Shown piece by piece: positions 59,871 through 64,000 of a DNA stretch of 64,000 nt. The notes under the pieces are model-generated. The model searched no databases. It was not told the DNA's origin and saw only the letters and a program-made list of their open reading frames with translations. This stretch comes from Chiloscyllium plagiosum. Taxonomy: Eukaryota. Position 1 is the stretch's first letter. Each line of letters opens with the position of its first letter. The DNA lies in contig NC_057720.1 of the NCBI RefSeq assembly GCF_004010195.1, positions 7,074,196-7,138,195 of the forward strand. Reading direction: 5' to 3'. The position numbers were made by a program, and so were the translations under genes.

Positions 59871-61497
59871 AAATCAAACAGGAGTATGGCGAATGTGATC
59901 ATTCTCAACACCATTGTCTTGCCTTTTCCCTATAACCCTTGATACCCTGACTGATTAAAAATCTATCTCAGATGTGAATGTTTTTAATGACCTGGCTTCG
60001 ACTGCCCTCTGTGATGAAGAATTCCACAAAATTTAACTCCCTACCAGAACCTCAACAGAGAATGGGTGAACCCTTAATCCACGGGTGTGGGAATGGCATG
60101 GCTTACCATTTCCGATGGGATAAACCCAAGCTGTTTTGATATGATCCCATTCTTTTGGATTTTGGAAAGATAGTGGGTGGGAATAGGTTCTTGCTTCTGA
60201 GTGGTCAATGATTGTCAAGTGAGGTCCCCACCCATCACGGTTATTAAAGCAACTGGAATCAACTTCACGGACAAGTGGAAGAGCTTTCAGATGGATCCAT
60301 AGTATAACCCTTGTGGCAAGGTGGAAGTGTCCATATCTCTAAGCCAGGAGAGCCGGGTTCAAGTCTGACCCACTCCAGAGCTGTGTTGTAGCAGGGTGAT
60401 TCGAAAATATCTGGGCAGAAAAGGTGTGAGACTCTTGTGGTGCTTATCTCTAAGCCAGAGGCCAGGATTCAAGTTTGAGGTGTGTAACGACAGGTTAATG
60501 AAGAAAACATCTACAACTATTCATTGAATATGGATTCAGAGTGGAATGAACTCAATGATGGACCAAATAGCCTTTTGTCTCACTTCTCATCTTTGCTCTT
60601 TGATTAAACAAAGGGGCCTTTGATAAGGTCAGAACTCTTAGTATATACGATCGAAAGGAGGAAGATATGTCTGGCTGTCGGTCATTATGGTTCGGGTTAA
60701 GGTGGGATCAGCTCAGTTGCCTTGGTGAAGCATGCAGAATGATCAGTTCTTAATTCTTTCACGAGGGCAGTCATCATTAGAAATCAAACAATATTACAGA
60801 GGCACAAGAATAGCAGCAGCACTTGACAATGTGATTTATGAGAGACGGACAAGAAAGGTAATGGAATTTTCCTTTTCTGTTCTGGAACATTCTACAATTC
60901 AGCCACAGTGCAGGCCAGGGCACAAAATGGAGGAAGGGTGGGGGAAGTGCAACATCAAAATCTTTTCTGATTCATGATTCCCCTTCAAGTTATGGTTTTC
61001 TGAACTTACTTCTTCCTGTCTAGGGACCTCTTACAAATATAGATATACAGTCCCAGGGATACCATGCAATTATTGATACAACTGCCACAGGCCTAATTCA
61101 TCTGGTTGAAATTATTGGCATCAGTTCAACTTCAGACAACACTGCAGACAGCTGGCCTGTTTTTATTGGGAGTCAGCAATGGGCAAAGGCCCAATAGCCA
61201 GCCAATAAATAGTCGTATCTGATCTGACACTCAGACTGTCTCCCCCTCACCTTGGGGATTTCCTCTTGAACTCCTTTTGACAACCAAGAAATACCACACT
61301 TCAGCGTGACCGTTTATTCACTTCCATTTGACAAGCCAGAAGTTAAATACAGTAACACATGCGGCAAGGATATCATATCCAGCTATTTCCTCACCCCCAT
61401 TAATGGAGCACTGTTGATGATGGAGTGTGTGTCAGACTAACATTAATAACACATATCCCTTTTTTTCCCATCAGATGTGGGTGTGACTGGCTGGGTT

Positions 61498-62420
61498 ATA
61501 GAGTCCCTACATTGGGGAAGCAGGCCATTCAGCTCATCGAGTTCACACCACCCCTCCAAAGAGCATCCCATCCATTCCCCCCTGCCCCCCCACCATCTTA
61601 TCCCTGTAACCCTGCATTTCCCATGGCTAATCCACTTGCCTGCATATTCCTGAACACTATGGGGCAATTTAGCATGGCCAATCCACTCTAATCTGCACGT
61701 CTTTGGACTGTGGGAGGAAACCGGTACACCCGGAGGAACACATGCAGACACGGGGAGAATGTGCAAACTCCACCCAGACAGTCACCTGAGGGTGCTACAG
61801 CGAAGGTTCACTGGGATTGATTCTGAGGATAAGAGGGTTTGCCTGGTGATGTGCAGTAAACTGGGTCGATTTTCATTGGAGTTTAGAAGAATGAGAAAAA
61901 GGTGGAGCATGCTCAAGGCAGAAGATATAGGAGCAGAATTAGGCCATTCAGCCCATCGAGGCTGCTCTGCCATTTGATCGTGGCTGATATGTTTCTCAAC
62001 CCCATTCTCCTGCCTGCTCCCATAATCCCTAAACCCAACACTAATTGAGAACCTATCTATCTCTGTCTCAAATACACTCAGTGACTTGGCCCGCACAGCC
62101 CTCTGTGGCAATGAGTCCCACAGATTTGTCACCCTATGGCCGAAGAAATTCTTCCTTATCTCAGTTCTAAGGGTTGTCCTTTCACTCTGAGGCTGTGTCC
62201 TCAGGTCCGAGTCTCTCCTACGAGTGGAAACACGTTCTCTATGTCCACTCTATCCAGGTCTTTCAGCATTTTATCAGTTTCAATCCGATCCCAACATCCT
62301 TCTAAACTCCACTGAGTACAGACCTCAACCTCTCCTCAAATGACAAGCCCTTCATCCCTGGCATCAAACTTATAAACGTCCTCTGGACCCCCTCCAAGAC
62401 AAGCATATCCATCCTTAAAA
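61498..62420 (-). mobile_element. HE1/V-SINE-like copy (61498-61790) and CR1-like 3' end (61920-62420)
   Basis: SINE central domain; NLWDSLPQRAV..FETEIDRF on minus strand. Confidence 0.8.
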
Positions 62421-63154
62421 GTGGACCTTGCTCTATTTCCACTCATTGTTCATATGTTCTCAGGTTAAGGCTAAGAAAGTTGTTATAATTTTTGAAAATA
62501 GGAGCAGCAGTAGGCCATTCAGCCCTTCTAACATGCTCTGCCATTCAATATGATCCTGGATATTCCCTTCGCACAACTCATCATTCAAGATGCATGGAAA
62601 GTGTTTGAACTTACTATGTTTAAAGGATCAGTTTGAGCTCCCAGAGTTAAATCAGTGAACTCTCAGTGTATACTGCAGCCATGAGAAGACACGAGTTCAT
62701 TTACGATGTAACAGGGGCCACATATCACGGTTTCAAGGTTTCTTTTGAACAAAAACTGAGATGAAATAGTGTCAGCTGGTAGCCTGGATGGAGACAGCGA
62801 CACAGGGATCAGTGAGCGCTGTAACTGTGGGTGACACATTTTGGATTAACATTAAGCCCAAAGTTTTTGGTAGACGTTGAAATATCACAAGGAACAAGTC
62901 ACAAGAGAGAAGCATCTTGTACTGCAAATTGCAGGCAACAATTGTTTATTTTCTCTTTTACTGCTGTTGCCAAAAATAGATAAATGGATCTTCATACGAT
63001 GGTTCATCCAAACTGGCTGCCCCATTGAACTCCTTAACAATAGTGATATAATGTAAACTAATGAAGAAATCTCTTTATAATTGCATGACAATAAATGTAC
63101 ATGCAAGATGTACTTATAAACTTGCTTCAAACAGCAGTTATTACCTTAATCAGG

Positions 63155-63775
63155 AGGGAGGCCTCGTGGCCTTATCACTAGTCTGTTAATTCAAAGATCC
63201 AAGTAATGTTCTGAGGACCTGGTTTCAAATCCCACTACAGCAAAATAATGGAATTTGGATTGAATAAAACCCTGGAATTAAGAGGCTAACAATGATCATG
63301 AAACTGTTGTCAATTGTTGGAAAATCCCACCTGGTTCACGAGCATCCTATCGGGAAGAAAGTCTGCCATTTTCACCTGGTCTGGTCTACATGTGACTCCA
63401 GACCCACAACAATATGGCTGAATCTCAACTGCCCTCTCGATAATTAGGGACAGGTAATAAATTCTGGCTTAATTGGCAATGCCCTCATCCTGTGAATGAA
63501 TAACAAAAATAAAACTGATGCATTGTAACACCTTGTGATTCATGTCCACACTACATGCTGTTTTAAAAAAAGTTCTCATTTTAAAAAAAAATCTTTCACA
63601 GGATGTGGGCTAGGTCAACATTATTACCCATCCCTTGTTGCCCACAGGGCAGTAAAAAGTCAACCACATTGCTGTGGGTCTGGAGTCATGTGTAGGCCAG
63701 ACCAGGTAATGATGGCAGTTTCCTTCCCGAAAGGACATTAGTGAACCAGATGGGTTTTTTTTTCCCTGACAACTG
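63155..63775. mobile_element. Two second-family SINEs tail-to-tail (+ 63155-63503, - 63590-63775)
   Basis: gactccagacccaca and its reverse complement tgtgggtctggagtc. Confidence 0.75.
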
Positions 63776-64000
63776 ATCCATTGGTAGATGGGAGTTCAAA
63801 TTGAGGAACTGTTTTCAAGATGATAAAAGGTGTGGAGCAAAGAGACGTGGAGCCGATTCTGCCTCTTGTGGGGCGTTCGGGGACGAGAGGCCACAGTCTT
63901 AGGATAAAGGGGAGCAAATTTAAAACAGAGTTGAGGAGAAACTACTTCTCCTAAAAGGTTGAGAATCTGTGGAATTCGCTACCCCAATGGGCAGTGGATG

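Noticed and set aside
54948..64000. Expected upstream latrophilin exons (short LQKRExxCRAY-type cassette and hormone-binding domain exons)
   Set aside because: No matching translation with splice sites found by eye; the acceptor-like site near 57623 gives no latrophilin-like peptide. Probably beyond the window, though a diverged microexon could be missed.

Overview
Eukaryotic (vertebrate) genomic DNA. The repeat content (CR1-like LINEs, HE1/V-SINE-like and other tRNA-headed SINEs, Penelope-like fragments) suggests a shark or other chondrichthyan; this is inference. The window is the middle of one minus-strand adhesion GPCR gene of the latrophilin family, most similar to ADGRL2/LPHN2. Nine constitutive GT-AG exons (54947 down to 2479, 1440 nt, phases consistent, no stops) encode the GAIN domain, an intact GPS site (HL|TNFAIIM) and TM1-TM7. 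Two in-frame cassette microexons (45 and 27 nt) in intracellular loop 3 are not shown by the ORF track. The 5' and 3' ends of the gene lie outside the window. Introns are dense in retroelement fragments and also hold a ~4.8 kb 33-bp minisatellite, an 88/22-bp minisatellite, cryptic TG/GA repeats and a 315-nt N gap. Most notable: (1) many minimal hammerhead-ribozyme motifs carried by several Penelope-derived families, two identical intact cores being sense to the pre-mRNA; (2) ICL3 microexons with SRRM4- and Rbfox-type motifs; (3) an apparent 6-nt splice-acceptor shift in a GAIN exon; (4) mixed ADGRL1/ADGRL2 residues that leave paralog identity open. No CRISPR or prokaryotic system is present. 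Repeat boundaries are approximate; exon boundaries were read base by base.
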